A stretch of 64,000 nucleotides of DNA, taken from NCBI GenBank assembly GCA_963934165.1, contig CAWVXH010000002.1, forward strand, positions 123,746 to 187,745, written 5' to 3'. The DNA is from an uncultured Candidatus Poseidoniales archaeon. GTDB taxonomy: Archaea > Thermoplasmatota > Poseidoniia > Poseidoniales > Thalassarchaeaceae. A program made the position numbers and the translations under genes. How positions within the stretch are numbered: position 1 is the stretch's first letter; each line of letters begins with the position of its first letter. Shown here one piece after another: positions 49,194-59,056 of this stretch. The notes below the pieces were generated by a model, which saw only the letters and a list, made by a program, of their open reading frames with translations, was not told where the DNA came from and made no database searches.

Positions 49194-50042
49194 ATGTCAG
49201 AGAAACGTGACCCCCGTGCTCATTGGCTGGACGAAGATCCATTCGATAAACTCGGTAATTCTTCGAAAACCCACACTCGTACACGGGACGATGGAAATTG
49301 GCGAAAGCCACACGTCCGCGTGGTCCATTCCAATCAAGGTGCCCAACCCTTTTTCCGGTCCTTCGGAACGTCTCAGCCACCGCATCAATCGCCGATACAC
49401 ACTGGTTCGATTTGGCATTTTTCGAAAATAGAAATTGAGCATTTGACGCAAGCGACGATTGCATTTTCGTTGGCACTTGCTTTTATGTCGGTTCAGGGGT
49501 TATTTGGAGCAATTCAAAATCCGCTATTATTTCTTATTGGTGGCGCTCTTTATGCAGCAGCTATTGGTCCTGCATTTTTACTTCATGAAATTGCCCATAA
49601 AATCGTCGCACGAAAATATGGTTGTTGGGCAGAGTTTAGAGCATCTCCTTCTGGTTTGAAATGGGGAGTAATTATCGCCGCAGCTTTCGGTTTTGTCTTT
49701 ATGGCGCCTGGTGCGGTGATGGTGGCGGGACAAACAACCAAGGCGCAATTTGGGAAAATTGCCATCGCCGGCCCTCTTGTGAATGTCGCCCTATGGGTTT
49801 TTGGAATTGGAATGATTCTTTTACTAAATGGATTAAACCCTTTTCTCGACGAGTTTTTGAAAATATGGCTGATGGGAAACGCAATTTTAGCAGCGTTTAA
49901 TATGCTGCCATTTGGGCCGTTAGACGGCAAGAAAATCAAAGCCTGGTCCGATCCGATTTTCTGGGTATCTTTTGTTACGATTCTAAGCATCGCATATCAT
50001 ACAATAATTACTGGAAACATATTCTCTATGATGGGCGTATAA
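49194..50042 (+). CDS. Site-2 protease (M50) family membrane metalloprotease
   Basis: HEIAH, AGPLVN and FNMLPFGPLDGKK motifs. Confidence 0.92.
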   Translation: MSEKRDPRAHWLDEDPFDKLGNSSKTHTRTRDDGNWRKPHVRVVHSNQGAQPFFRSFGTSQPPHQSPIHTGSIWHFSKIEIEHLTQATIAFSLALAFMSVQGLFGAIQNPLLFLIGGALYAAAIGPAFLLHEIAHKIVARKYGCWAEFRASPSGLKWGVIIAAAFGFVFMAPGAVMVAGQTTKAQFGKIAIAGPLVNVALWVFGIGMILLLNGLNPFLDEFLKIWLMGNAILAAFNMLPFGPLDGKKIKAWSDPIFWVSFVTILSIAYHTIITGNIFSMMGV

Positions 50043-50044
50043 GG

Positions 50045-50116
50045 TGCATCGCGGACACAAAAAAGAATTGAAATAAATTTTGGTAAGAGGAGAGGTGACA
50101 GAAATTCCGCGATGCA
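50045..50116. repeat. Perfect 11-bp inverted repeat enclosing a 50-nt spacer
   Basis: TGCATCGCGGA (50045-50055) and TCCGCGATGCA (50106-50116), between convergent genes. Confidence 0.75.
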
Positions 50117-50161
50117 AACAGAATTTAGCAAACATGTCTATTAATATTAAGCCGGCATGTG

Positions 50162-51883
50162 TCAAAGATATTCATTTAACACTGGTTTTTCATCACAATG
50201 GAAGAAGGTCAATAACGCCCACCAAGTAATCATGTCCAAGCTGTTGACAAGGTTTGCAACTCCAGTATTTGGGTCTCCGTAATCCTTACCGGTAGTATCC
50301 ATCCAATCCTCCATTTCTTCGAGAGTATCGCAAGTCTGATGATAGCACCAGTATCCATCGACCAAGCCACCAAATCCGACAGTAACAGTACCTAGGTTAT
50401 CCTGGAAACTTGCGTGATCACTCCTTGCAGTAGTATCTTCATAAATGATAACTTCAGGTCGCTCAGAATCGATCCACGAATCGGTCTTCCAAGTATCTGC
50501 TGAATAGTTCACTCCAATTAAAGTGCCAATTTCATTTTCCAAACCCAGAGCGTCTGAGCCGATCCAATTCGATAGGCCAACCATGCCTGGCTGATTGATG
50601 ACATCATGATCGAGAGATGGCCCGATGTAAACTCGCATTGGCCAAACCTCGGCATCTTTCGGATACCCCCCCTCATCTATTTGTGGATCCGGATCACCGT
50701 GAGGAGCACCTCCACCGCCTGGCCAGTTTACTCCAGCCATATCGAGATTGATGTAGTTGGTGACAGTGACTTCAGGATGATCTTCTGCGACATAATATTC
50801 GGTCCAATAATCAGAGCCTCGCTTTCCGCCCTCTTCTCCAGACCAGAGGCAGAATACCATTGTTCGTCGTGACTCAAAATCAGCTAAAACACGCGCCGTC
50901 TCGAGTACCATCGATGTTCCAGCGGTATTGTCGTAAGCCCCGACTCGGGTGCCATAACTTCGTGATCCTGTGACATGAGGGTCTAGCAGTACAGCATTAG
51001 CAGGAGGCGCTATATCGAAGTGAGCGCCGAAAACTAACCATTCGTTTATCACTTCACTTCCCCATTTGTAAGCACAGATATTGTATGCTTCTGGATTTTG
51101 TGAACCAAGAATATCGGTAAACTCATATCTATGAGTTTTTACCTCAAGGCCAAAGGAACTCAACTCGTTTGCAAGATAAGCAGCCCCATCTTCGTAGGAT
51201 GGATTTCCCTGGCCCGCCCAGCGGTCGTAGTACCCCTCGCGGCCGTCAGTATCGAATAGGGAAATAGCCGGATCGGTGATTTCAAAGAGGCGGTCATAGA
51301 CTACTTTTCCGTGCATTATTCCAGTCGAGTGAGCGCCCCCCTCATCGATTCCTATAGCCATATCTCGTACGATTGAAGCAGATTTAATCAGAACTTTACC
51401 GCCGGTTTCAGTACTATAGTTCATCGAATCATAAGTTGAATTCTCATTGGCAGCAACTCTCTGTACGGCATCGGGCAATCTTCCCCCACCCCCTCCATTA
51501 GACATCCATGTCACCCAAGATTCCGCTTGCTGGCGTATCGGCCAATTTTGCCGTCCGATTACACCGAACATGAAAATCATTGTATCGGCTCTTGGCGGTG
51601 CTAAGATTGAAATTGTCTCTTGTTCGCCGGATTTTAAATCAATTACTGTTGAATTTTGTACAAACCCCGTCACCGGATCAATCAATAAATATGGAATAAA
51701 AACCGACATCGAAACTTTTGCTTTGAATTCCACATCTTGAAAAATACCCCCAGTCATCATTTCGATATCGACAGATAAATCACCATTTCGAGGTTTGTTG
51801 TTTTCTTCTCCAAAACAACCGCTTATTGTTGCAAGTAACATGATAATTATCATGCTGGATGCTAACATCCCCCGCGAAGCCAT
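50162..51883 (-). CDS. M28 family aminopeptidase, lipoprotein
   Basis: Lipobox ISGC; GAHFD, GAYDN, GEEGG, NLDM, RSDH and YH motifs. Confidence 0.92.
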   Translation of the reverse strand: MASRGMLASSMIIIMLLATISGCFGEENNKPRNGDLSVDIEMMTGGIFQDVEFKAKVSMSVFIPYLLIDPVTGFVQNSTVIDLKSGEQETISILAPPRADTMIFMFGVIGRQNWPIRQQAESWVTWMSNGGGGGRLPDAVQRVAANENSTYDSMNYSTETGGKVLIKSASIVRDMAIGIDEGGAHSTGIMHGKVVYDRLFEITDPAISLFDTDGREGYYDRWAGQGNPSYEDGAAYLANELSSFGLEVKTHRYEFTDILGSQNPEAYNICAYKWGSEVINEWLVFGAHFDIAPPANAVLLDPHVTGSRSYGTRVGAYDNTAGTSMVLETARVLADFESRRTMVFCLWSGEEGGKRGSDYWTEYYVAEDHPEVTVTNYINLDMAGVNWPGGGGAPHGDPDPQIDEGGYPKDAEVWPMRVYIGPSLDHDVINQPGMVGLSNWIGSDALGLENEIGTLIGVNYSADTWKTDSWIDSERPEVIIYEDTTARSDHASFQDNLGTVTVGFGGLVDGYWCYHQTCDTLEEMEDWMDTTGKDYGDPNTGVANLVNSLDMITWWALLTFFHCDEKPVLNEYL

Positions 51884-51922
51884 GAATTGCCGAGATATTC
51901 ACTACTGTTGAATGCGCCGGGC

Positions 51923-52720
51923 TCACGCATTGAATTGCGATAAGCATGTTAGGGACCCATCCGCTTCACGGATAGCATCCATGTCTACTGTTGTGATACT
52001 GAATCCAGCGTCGAGCAATAATTGGCGGGTTGTAGAATATCCTGCTGCGATAATAACCCTATCTCCAGAATACCCCATAGTATTCGCAGCATAACTTTCA
52101 GAATTTGGCACCCAAATTATTTCATCAGCAAGGTGCCCTATTTGATTGATACTAAGATGTCCTTCTGCTGCGACAAGAGTTCCTGGACGTGGGGATGAAA
52201 AGATAGTTGTTAGGTGCAAGGTAGAATCTGGAATTTCAATGAATTCAACTTTAAAGCCAGCATCTTTAACATATTTCGCTAGGAATTCAGCTCCTGCCCG
52301 ATTAGTTCGAGTTGAGATGCCAATTAGATAACGATCATCCAAGAAAACCACATCACCACCATCTAAAGTGCAATTGGAATTCATATGGATAATTTCAGCA
52401 TCCTCACTCAAGAATTCAATAATTGCCGCCTGCTCACCTTCACGAGACGCATGTCCCATTTTGGGGATGATTGCCTTTTTGCCGACCATCACGGCAACAT
52501 CTTCGACGAAACAACAATCCGGATGATTATCGAGTGCTGAAAGGACAGTTACCTCGGTTCCATGTGCACGAAGGGCGGCAACATAGGCATCATGTGTTCC
52601 TTGTGCTGCGATTGCATCGGGAGTTACCGTGCCGAAAAAAACAGAGATAGCTTGGTGAAAATTTTTTGATACACAACGGACGACTGCGGATTGACGGCTC
52701 CGATCGAAGGTACCAGGCAT
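51923..52720 (-). CDS. Dimethylarginine dimethylaminohydrolase / amidinotransferase family
   Basis: PDCCFVED, LDGGD, RTN, LHL, AAN and GSLTCLS motifs (Asp/His/Cys triad). Confidence 0.88.
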   Translation of the reverse strand: MPGTFDRSRQSAVVRCVSKNFHQAISVFFGTVTPDAIAAQGTHDAYVAALRAHGTEVTVLSALDNHPDCCFVEDVAVMVGKKAIIPKMGHASREGEQAAIIEFLSEDAEIIHMNSNCTLDGGDVVFLDDRYLIGISTRTNRAGAEFLAKYVKDAGFKVEFIEIPDSTLHLTTIFSSPRPGTLVAAEGHLSINQIGHLADEIIWVPNSESYAANTMGYSGDRVIIAAGYSTTRQLLLDAGFSITTVDMDAIREADGSLTCLSQFNA

Positions 52721-52871
52721 GAATCGCCGTCCGCCCTTCCATTCATAATCATTCGGAATCCGGAAACTATTTTCCGTAATTATTATCTAAATAACCAAAA
52801 CATCCCGAAACCGCTGACTAAGAGAAGCGTCGACCTATTTATTCATGTACGGGCGCAACTTGCGATAAATT

Positions 52872-53294
52872 GTGAAAGAGTTCCTTGAAGCATTGGATGA
52901 GAATGGAATGCGGGCGAGCCCAGTTTTTTCTGCTGAAATTAAAAACTATCTTATCGATATTGATGGTACGATAGGTGAAGATATACCTAATGAAGAACCC
53001 GAGAGAATGGTGACAGCCGAAGCTTATCCTGATGCATTAGAAACAATCAATCGTTGGTACGACGAAGGCCATCAAATATGTTTTTTTACTGCAAGAACTG
53101 AAGAGCACCGTGAAGATACCGAAGTTTGGCTTAATGAAAAAGGATTCAAATTTCATTCCCTTTTGTTTGGAAAACCACGAGGTGGAAATTACCATTGGAT
53201 CGATAATCACAGTGTAAAAGCCACACAATATAAGTCTAAATTTACTGATTTAATACGTCGTAATATTGAAATCGAAGTATTTGATGATAATTAA
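52872..53294 (+). CDS. Small HAD-superfamily phosphatase
   Basis: DIDGT, FFTAR, WL, GKP and WIDN motifs. Confidence 0.8.
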   Translation: MKEFLEALDENGMRASPVFSAEIKNYLIDIDGTIGEDIPNEEPERMVTAEAYPDALETINRWYDEGHQICFFTARTEEHREDTEVWLNEKGFKFHSLLFGKPRGGNYHWIDNHSVKATQYKSKFTDLIRRNIEIEVFDDN

Positions 53295-53295
53295 G

Positions 53296-53652
53296 TCAAG
53301 ACACATTTCCAATAGTTTGTGCAGCCCAAATGCCGATGCCATATGCGATAAGTGTAAAAATAATTGAAGAGGCCATTGCAACTTCAAATCCAATGTTTTT
53401 TCTTAACATAATTGGTAAAGTGATAAATAATACTAATGATGGTAAAACAAGCCATAGAATTCCTTCAGCAAACTCTGCAACTTTTTCTACATCAGATGTT
53501 TCATTATAGAGGGAACTGAGGGCAATAATGCTCGCCAGCGGCAGTGAGATAACCAGGGCCCCGAAGGTTGCCGACCTCTTTGCAATCTCGCTGGCTGTCA
53601 CTATTACGGCTCCGCTAAACAATCCTTTTCCCACTAGGCTGATCCAGTTCAT
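53296..53652 (-). CDS. Small membrane protein (DUF3147-like)
   Basis: SEIAKRS..FGAL..SLPL.S and W.VLPSL..F patterns. Confidence 0.7.
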   Translation of the reverse strand: MNWISLVGKGLFSGAVIVTASEIAKRSATFGALVISLPLASIIALSSLYNETSDVEKVAEFAEGILWLVLPSLVLFITLPIMLRKNIGFEVAMASSIIFTLIAYGIGIWAAQTIGNVS

Positions 53653-53676
53653 AGTGTTCGAAAGTGCTCTAGGCAC

Positions 53677-55944
53677 TCAATCATGTCGCTGTCTTGTGTA
53701 CCCTAGAATGGCCATCATAGCTAGCGCACCTGCCAGCCCAATCATTACGTAATTCGGTTCTTTCTCCCATTTAGAAGAATCGAAGGGGTATGCGTCTGCG
53801 TTGTTTCCGACGCCGTCGCCGTCCGCGTCCTGCCACTCGTCCACATCCATTGGAAAAGCGTCCGAATTGTCTCCGAAGCCGTCCCCATCGGTGTCTATCC
53901 ACTCTAGGGGGTCTGTTGGGAAGGCGTCGGTGTTGTCTCCCACTCCATCGCCGTCCAAGTCACTCCACTCGTTTACTTCGTTTGGAAAGGCATCCGAGTT
54001 GTCACCAACTCCGTCGTCGTCTGCGTCAGACCACTCATTTGGGTCGCTTGGAAATGCGTCTGCGTTATCTCCTACTCCATCATTGTCTGTATCGAGCCAC
54101 TCGGTTGGGTCGTATTGGAAGGCATCTTCTTCATCGAGGATGTTGTTGATATCAACTGGGTCTGGGTATCCATCGTTGTCATCATCAGGATCAATAGCGT
54201 TGCACAGTCCATCTCCGACAATTACATCGTCATCGGTTCCGTACACGCCATCAGCTCCAACGTCAGTCTCATTGTCCACAGGCATTACATCTGCGTTTCT
54301 TGGATCTCCTTGGCCACCAGCAGCAGCACAAATTGCTTCTGTTACATCGAGCCATCCGTCACCATCGTCGTCCTGGTCAGTATTGTCTCCAATACCGTCA
54401 CCATCTAGATCATTGGTCTCACTTGGGTCCATTGGGAATGCATCGTCTATATCGACGACCCAATCCCCGTCGTCGTCAATGTCAAGGGCGTCGCACTCAC
54501 CATCGCTGTCTAAATCAGATGGTACTGAGCTAACATCCAACCAATCAGTCAGACAATCGACTTCTTGGTCGTTGTTCCAATTGTCTCCATCAGCATCTTC
54601 ATCCACCTCATCACAGACTCCATCGCTGTCTAAATCAGATGGTACTGAGCTAATATCCAACCAATCAGTCAGACAATCGACTTCTTGGTCGTTGTTCCAA
54701 TTGTCTCCATCAGCATCTTCATCCACCTCATCACAGACTCCATCTAAATCGGTGTCAGTGTACAATTCTCCGTTTATTGGATCGCAATCAGTTAAGTCAG
54801 AAACTTCATCCCCATCCGTATCTCTATCGAGTGGGTTTGTGCCGATATTTGCTTCTTCCAAGTCGGTCAGCCCATCATTATCATCATCTGTGTCCGCGTT
54901 GTCCCCGATGCCGTCATCGTCGTTATCCAACCATTCTCCGGAGTCGTACACGAAGGCGTCTACGTCGTCTCGATGCCCATCCCCGTCTGAGTCCCTAACA
55001 AAATCCTCAAGCGCCCAACCTAGGGTTTCGCTCGGCCATTTATCGTCGTTAAGAAGAGGGGCGTGACTCGCGTTATTGATTCTCCAGTGCGTCACTCTGT
55101 TTCCATCGGTGCAGTTCAGATGCTCGAGATTGTCGGTCTCGGCCACACCGTCAGAGTTGGTTAAATCAATGCTGCCAAGGTTAGTCCAACTCATTTCACA
55201 TCCCGACCTGTCGGCCCAAAAGGTAGTAGTCTGGGGGGCCGAGGGATACATTCCTCCAAACATCGATCCCCCATCATATTGTACGACGGTGTCTCCAGTA
55301 CCATGCACGTGCAGAATGTTCGGCCTTCCTGTGTCGGGGCAGTTGTTGGAGAAATCGTTCCATGTCGCGCCATTAAGTGATACGATTGACTCGATTATCC
55401 CCCCCCGTTCACACGCCATTCTGTGACTCATGAAAGCACCGTTTGAGTGACCTATCAGCACCACTCCCTCCGGGTCTGCCCCATAGTTCTGGACGGCTTG
55501 GTCAATCAGACTCTCAAGGAAGGTAACATCGTCTACTTGGGTGTTGAACAGGTTGCAGCAGGCATCTGTTGCATTCCAATATCTCATCCCTATGATGTTC
55601 ATAGAACCGTCAGGGGTGAGCAACAGATGCTCGTTCGCGTGGACACTGTCATACAGGCTCATCCACCAGGCGTTGAAGGATCCGGAACTGGAGTAACCAT
55701 GCAGAGCGACGACTAGGGGAAGTGGGCGTTCGTAGTCATGCCCCCCAGGCATAGTCAGAGTAGCGCCCCTGTTGGATGATCCAAGGGTGGCATCTGTGTG
55801 TTCGTCAGTATATGTGATGGGGCCGCCGTAGTCGGTTTCAAGATGAGCTAAGCCCCTCTCCAATTCAACGTGGGATACAACTGCGAGTGACTGGCTCATT
55901 ATCACCAACACAACCAGAGTCACAGGAACAGTACTGGCTCGCAT
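53677..55944 (-). CDS. Secreted PHB-depolymerase/LpqC-type esterase with thrombospondin type 3 repeats and C-terminal membrane anchor
   Basis: VALHG, WN..ACC, DDV.F, GHSNG lipase box and HGT.D; many DxDxDGxGDNxDAFP repeats; TM helix plus basic tail. Confidence 0.88.
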   Translation of the reverse strand: MRASTVPVTLVVLVIMSQSLAVVSHVELERGLAHLETDYGGPITYTDEHTDATLGSSNRGATLTMPGGHDYERPLPLVVALHGYSSSGSFNAWWMSLYDSVHANEHLLLTPDGSMNIIGMRYWNATDACCNLFNTQVDDVTFLESLIDQAVQNYGADPEGVVLIGHSNGAFMSHRMACERGGIIESIVSLNGATWNDFSNNCPDTGRPNILHVHGTGDTVVQYDGGSMFGGMYPSAPQTTTFWADRSGCEMSWTNLGSIDLTNSDGVAETDNLEHLNCTDGNRVTHWRINNASHAPLLNDDKWPSETLGWALEDFVRDSDGDGHRDDVDAFVYDSGEWLDNDDDGIGDNADTDDDNDGLTDLEEANIGTNPLDRDTDGDEVSDLTDCDPINGELYTDTDLDGVCDEVDEDADGDNWNNDQEVDCLTDWLDISSVPSDLDSDGVCDEVDEDADGDNWNNDQEVDCLTDWLDVSSVPSDLDSDGECDALDIDDDGDWVVDIDDAFPMDPSETNDLDGDGIGDNTDQDDDGDGWLDVTEAICAAAGGQGDPRNADVMPVDNETDVGADGVYGTDDDVIVGDGLCNAIDPDDDNDGYPDPVDINNILDEEDAFQYDPTEWLDTDNDGVGDNADAFPSDPNEWSDADDDGVGDNSDAFPNEVNEWSDLDGDGVGDNTDAFPTDPLEWIDTDGDGFGDNSDAFPMDVDEWQDADGDGVGNNADAYPFDSSKWEKEPNYVMIGLAGALAMMAILGYTRQRHD
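54500..54744. repeat. 120-bp tandem duplication inside the TSP3 region
   Basis: 54500-54619 and 54620-54739 are identical except for one base (taaCatcc vs taaTatcc). Confidence 0.95.
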
Positions 55945-56004
55945 GGTTCTAGAGCGAGGGGGACGCTCTTTCAAACTGCCCCGTAATCATTAGTGCCGTA
56001 AGGA

Positions 56005-56089
56005 TGGTGCAGAGGACAGGATTTGAACCTGCGAAGCACTACGCACTGGGACCTCATCCCAGCCCCTTTGACCACTCGGGTACCTCTGC
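56005..56089 (-). tRNA. tRNA-Leu(GAG), CCA encoded, no intron
   Basis: Acceptor GCAGAGG/CCTCTGC, D-loop AGTGGTCAAA, anticodon arm CTGGG-ATGAGGT-CCCAG, long variable arm, T-loop GGTTCAAATCC, ACCA end. Confidence 0.96.
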
Positions 56090-56257
56090 TTTGAAGTGAG
56101 CGAGCGCCCATCCCTATTTCAGAATGGCGAATGCGAGAGGCACGTTTAGAATTTGATACGTCTTCGGTGATGCCACCAAAGGTTATTTTCTTTCCCTTAG
56201 CACTATAGCAAACCCCATCATACTCGCACTCATTCTCAATTCGAGAGAAACGATTGG

Positions 56258-56716
56258 TCATCCCTGAACGACTAAATCGCCAACTTCTACAAATCCTTCT
56301 GTCAGAACTTTTGCATACCAGCGCGACCACCCTCGATATTCTTCATGAGAAATTCGCTTAGAATTTTGGTCGCTGAAAGAATCGCGAATGATATTGCATG
56401 GTGGAGCGGGAGTGGTCAACTCGATTAGAGCATCACCGATGGATAACTCCATCCCCACTTCTAATGAATCCCAATCGAAGTCTTTGATCGTCAGATTTTC
56501 CCCAGTCGTGCCGACATCAATCGGATGCCCTTCAGCTTGGAGCATCTCAATTTTTTCTAGAGAATATAGACATACAGCACGCAATGGGCCGCCGTGGTAA
56601 CGCAAATCTTTCTGTTTATCCCCTTCAACTCCGTTATAGCAGAGTCGAGCCAAATTTATTTGAGGTTTTGGTACTCCGCCATTTGGATTAGCATTGACCG
56701 AATGAATAATTCCCAT
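56258..56716 (-). CDS. MOSC domain protein
   Basis: GGVPK, GVEGD, HGGP.RAV, GENL, PC and WYAKVL.EG motifs. Confidence 0.9.
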   Translation of the reverse strand: MGIIHSVNANPNGGVPKPQINLARLCYNGVEGDKQKDLRYHGGPLRAVCLYSLEKIEMLQAEGHPIDVGTTGENLTIKDFDWDSLEVGMELSIGDALIELTTPAPPCNIIRDSFSDQNSKRISHEEYRGWSRWYAKVLTEGFVEVGDLVVQG

Positions 56717-56741
56717 GTGCTCCCTCTTTTCTCATTTATTT

Positions 56742-57671
56742 TTAAATTTCAGTTAGAAATTCAACAGATTCTTCCAACCTTTTCATCATCAATAAATATC
56801 TTCCAGCATGTTCTGAATCTTCTTCATCCAAGACAAATTTTCGATAACGCCAAGCAGCGATCGAGAGGCTGGCGTACCGATACAATTCAGGTAAAGCTGC
56901 TCTTTCTTCTGGCGTTAATGGGCGCACCGATTCATATCCCGATAAGAGTGAAAACCATAATTCTTTGACGGGTTTTTCATCAATCCAGCAGCACCCGATA
57001 AACGCTACTACCAAATCAATTGCCAGTATGTTATAACAAATATCCTCAAAATCAAGAATGGCTAAAACTTCTCCAGGGTGCCCTAGGATATTGTCCTGAA
57101 AAAGGTCGCCATGGATCACGCCTTTGGGCAAATTTAAAGGAATATTTCCATCTATTTTTATTATTTCATCTTCTAACATTCGTAAAAATGGTGACCATTT
57201 ATCTTCAGATTCCGCACGTTCTAAAAGCTCTGGCCAAATATCGATTCCCATCGAATAAAAAGTTCCGAAATGTCCTGCATTAGGGACGGCGTGGAGGCCA
57301 GCAATAGCAAGGCCGAGAGATTTCAATGAAGCAGTATCCTTTGAGATCCACGGGGCATCGATGAATGGAATTAGAATCCAAGCAAAACCATCTACTACAA
57401 TCATACTTTCTCCATTTTTCAATTTGAGAGGGGCAGGTGTGGACACCCCATGTTTTGCAATCCAATCTATGCTCGAATTCATTTCCTGAACTTCAGCAGG
57501 ATTCTTTTCACGCCAAATTTTCAGAACAACTTTTGTTCCGTCATCGCATGTTACTAGATAATTTGAATTTGCCCAGCCGCCAGAAAGGACCCCGATTTTT
57601 GAGAATGAACCATAATTGGCTAACTCAAGAAGTTCTCCTACTTTGTCAAGATTAATTTTTGTATCAATCAA
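56742..57671 (-). CDS. Homoserine kinase type II / APH-family kinase
   Basis: G..NSNY, HGDLFQDN and ILDF motifs. TTG start overlaps the glycosyltransferase stop; thrC is present in the window. Confidence 0.8.
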   Translation of the reverse strand: MIDTKINLDKVGELLELANYGSFSKIGVLSGGWANSNYLVTCDDGTKVVLKIWREKNPAEVQEMNSSIDWIAKHGVSTPAPLKLKNGESMIVVDGFAWILIPFIDAPWISKDTASLKSLGLAIAGLHAVPNAGHFGTFYSMGIDIWPELLERAESEDKWSPFLRMLEDEIIKIDGNIPLNLPKGVIHGDLFQDNILGHPGEVLAILDFEDICYNILAIDLVVAFIGCCWIDEKPVKELWFSLLSGYESVRPLTPEERAALPELYRYASLSIAAWRYRKFVLDEEDSEHAGRYLLMMKRLEESVEFLTEI

Positions 57672-58933
57672 ATAGAATCCTCCATTGAAAGCATGGAATT
57701 TAACTTGGATTGTAACCTTTCTGCATGATTTTTGGGACTTAATCCTAATTCTGTGAGCCTCTTTAGGCCCGAAACCGACCAACGAGATCTCATTTCGAAA
57801 TCTTGTGCCTGCTCAAATGCTTCCCCCCATCCCCTTAGGTCATGACGTGAAATCAATCGGCCATTTTCCCCATCAATTATTGTTTCTCGATAACCCCCCT
57901 CATCGACAAAAATTGGTGGGACACCAATCGCCATTGCTTCGATTGGGGTTAATCCAAAAGCTTCTCCGTGAGCGAGTCCGATTACTGCAACAGAATTTCT
58001 TAGAACTGCTTGCATAGTTTCAGAATTAATACCTGAAAGAATATAAATATCTACTTCTATATTTTTTCCAAACAATCTTAATGATTCATTTTCCTTGATA
58101 TTACCACCGCCGATAACTACCAATGCAAGCCCTGAATTTTTGATGCACTCAACCGTTTCGTAAATTCCTTTGAAGCGAGAAATTCTACCTACAGTGACTA
58201 GATAAGAGCCATTCGGTGGTAAATTCAGTTTGTCCAGAGTAAGGTTTTCACTCTCGGAAAAGTTTCTAGAAAATTCAGAAAGATCTACTGAGGGATAGAG
58301 TATTTCTCCTTGTATTTGATAAATTCTTAATAAATTAGCCGCAGAAAATTTCGAATTCGCAGAAACCTCCCACCGAGAATTATTTTTGAATAAAGAAAAA
58401 TAATTCTCGATTTTCTTCCGTTGGAAAATTTGTAATAAATGCATTAGAGGCGGCTTCCAACGTCCGCCCCCATCCGGTTTTAGGTGGCTGATATCATCAT
58501 GCAGTCCAGGTTTAGATTCTAAAAAATGCAAATGCATTGGCTTAGTTTTAGGCACAAGTTGTGTAAATTCCATTGAACCATTTCCTCCGGTTAAATGTAT
58601 GATGTCGGCCCATCCTATTGCATCGTCAATCGAGGGGCTGTCTCGCCAAGCTTTAGCAGAACTGCGTTCTTGTCCCGCAGTTATTTCATTGAATAGGCCG
58701 CCTTTCGAAATCCATTGCTCTTCAGGGACAAGAACGGTAATGCCTTGATTTTGAAGAAATGATTTTTGTGAATCAAGGATGTTCAAGCAAGCAAATTTAA
58801 CGTGGAAATATTTTGAGATTTCAGGTAAATTTCGGAGTAAATCTCTGGCCGCTCCACCATTTACATTCATTGCCGCTTTGACAACGAGTAGCTTTGGCCG
58901 CAAATCACTCACAAGGTTTCGTAGAGATGACAC
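57668..58933 (-). CDS. GT4 family glycosyltransferase
   Basis: ANSKF, LYPSVD, VGRISRFKG and EAFGLTPIEAMAIGVP motifs. Confidence 0.92.
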   Translation of the reverse strand: MSSLRNLVSDLRPKLLVVKAAMNVNGGAARDLLRNLPEISKYFHVKFACLNILDSQKSFLQNQGITVLVPEEQWISKGGLFNEITAGQERSSAKAWRDSPSIDDAIGWADIIHLTGGNGSMEFTQLVPKTKPMHLHFLESKPGLHDDISHLKPDGGGRWKPPLMHLLQIFQRKKIENYFSLFKNNSRWEVSANSKFSAANLLRIYQIQGEILYPSVDLSEFSRNFSESENLTLDKLNLPPNGSYLVTVGRISRFKGIYETVECIKNSGLALVVIGGGNIKENESLRLFGKNIEVDIYILSGINSETMQAVLRNSVAVIGLAHGEAFGLTPIEAMAIGVPPIFVDEGGYRETIIDGENGRLISRHDLRGWGEAFEQAQDFEMRSRWSVSGLKRLTELGLSPKNHAERLQSKLNSMLSMEDSI

Positions 58934-59056
58934 GCTAAGGCATATCGGTCCCTCATTTCCCTAAAATATCAGGTATTTTTTTCGAATTCAAAATATAATA
59001 TTTGAGGCAATGATTGAATTGAGTGTATTGAAGAACTTGAAGTCAGTCGTGAGTTC

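Noticed and set aside
53760-54960. Periodic repeats as a possible CRISPR array
   Set aside because: They are in-frame, degenerate protein repeats with no constant repeat/unique spacer pattern and no cas genes.
53801-55066. 421-aa Ser/Pro-rich plus-strand ORF
   Set aside because: Antisense shadow of Asp/Gly-rich TSP3 repeats; GAC/GAT read as Ser on the other strand.
52700-56089. Integrated provirus at tRNA-Leu
   Set aside because: No integrase, viral genes or duplicated tRNA 3' end found by eye.
55971-56330. 119-aa minus-strand ORF
   Set aside because: Runs through the tRNA-Leu gene and overlaps the MOSC gene.
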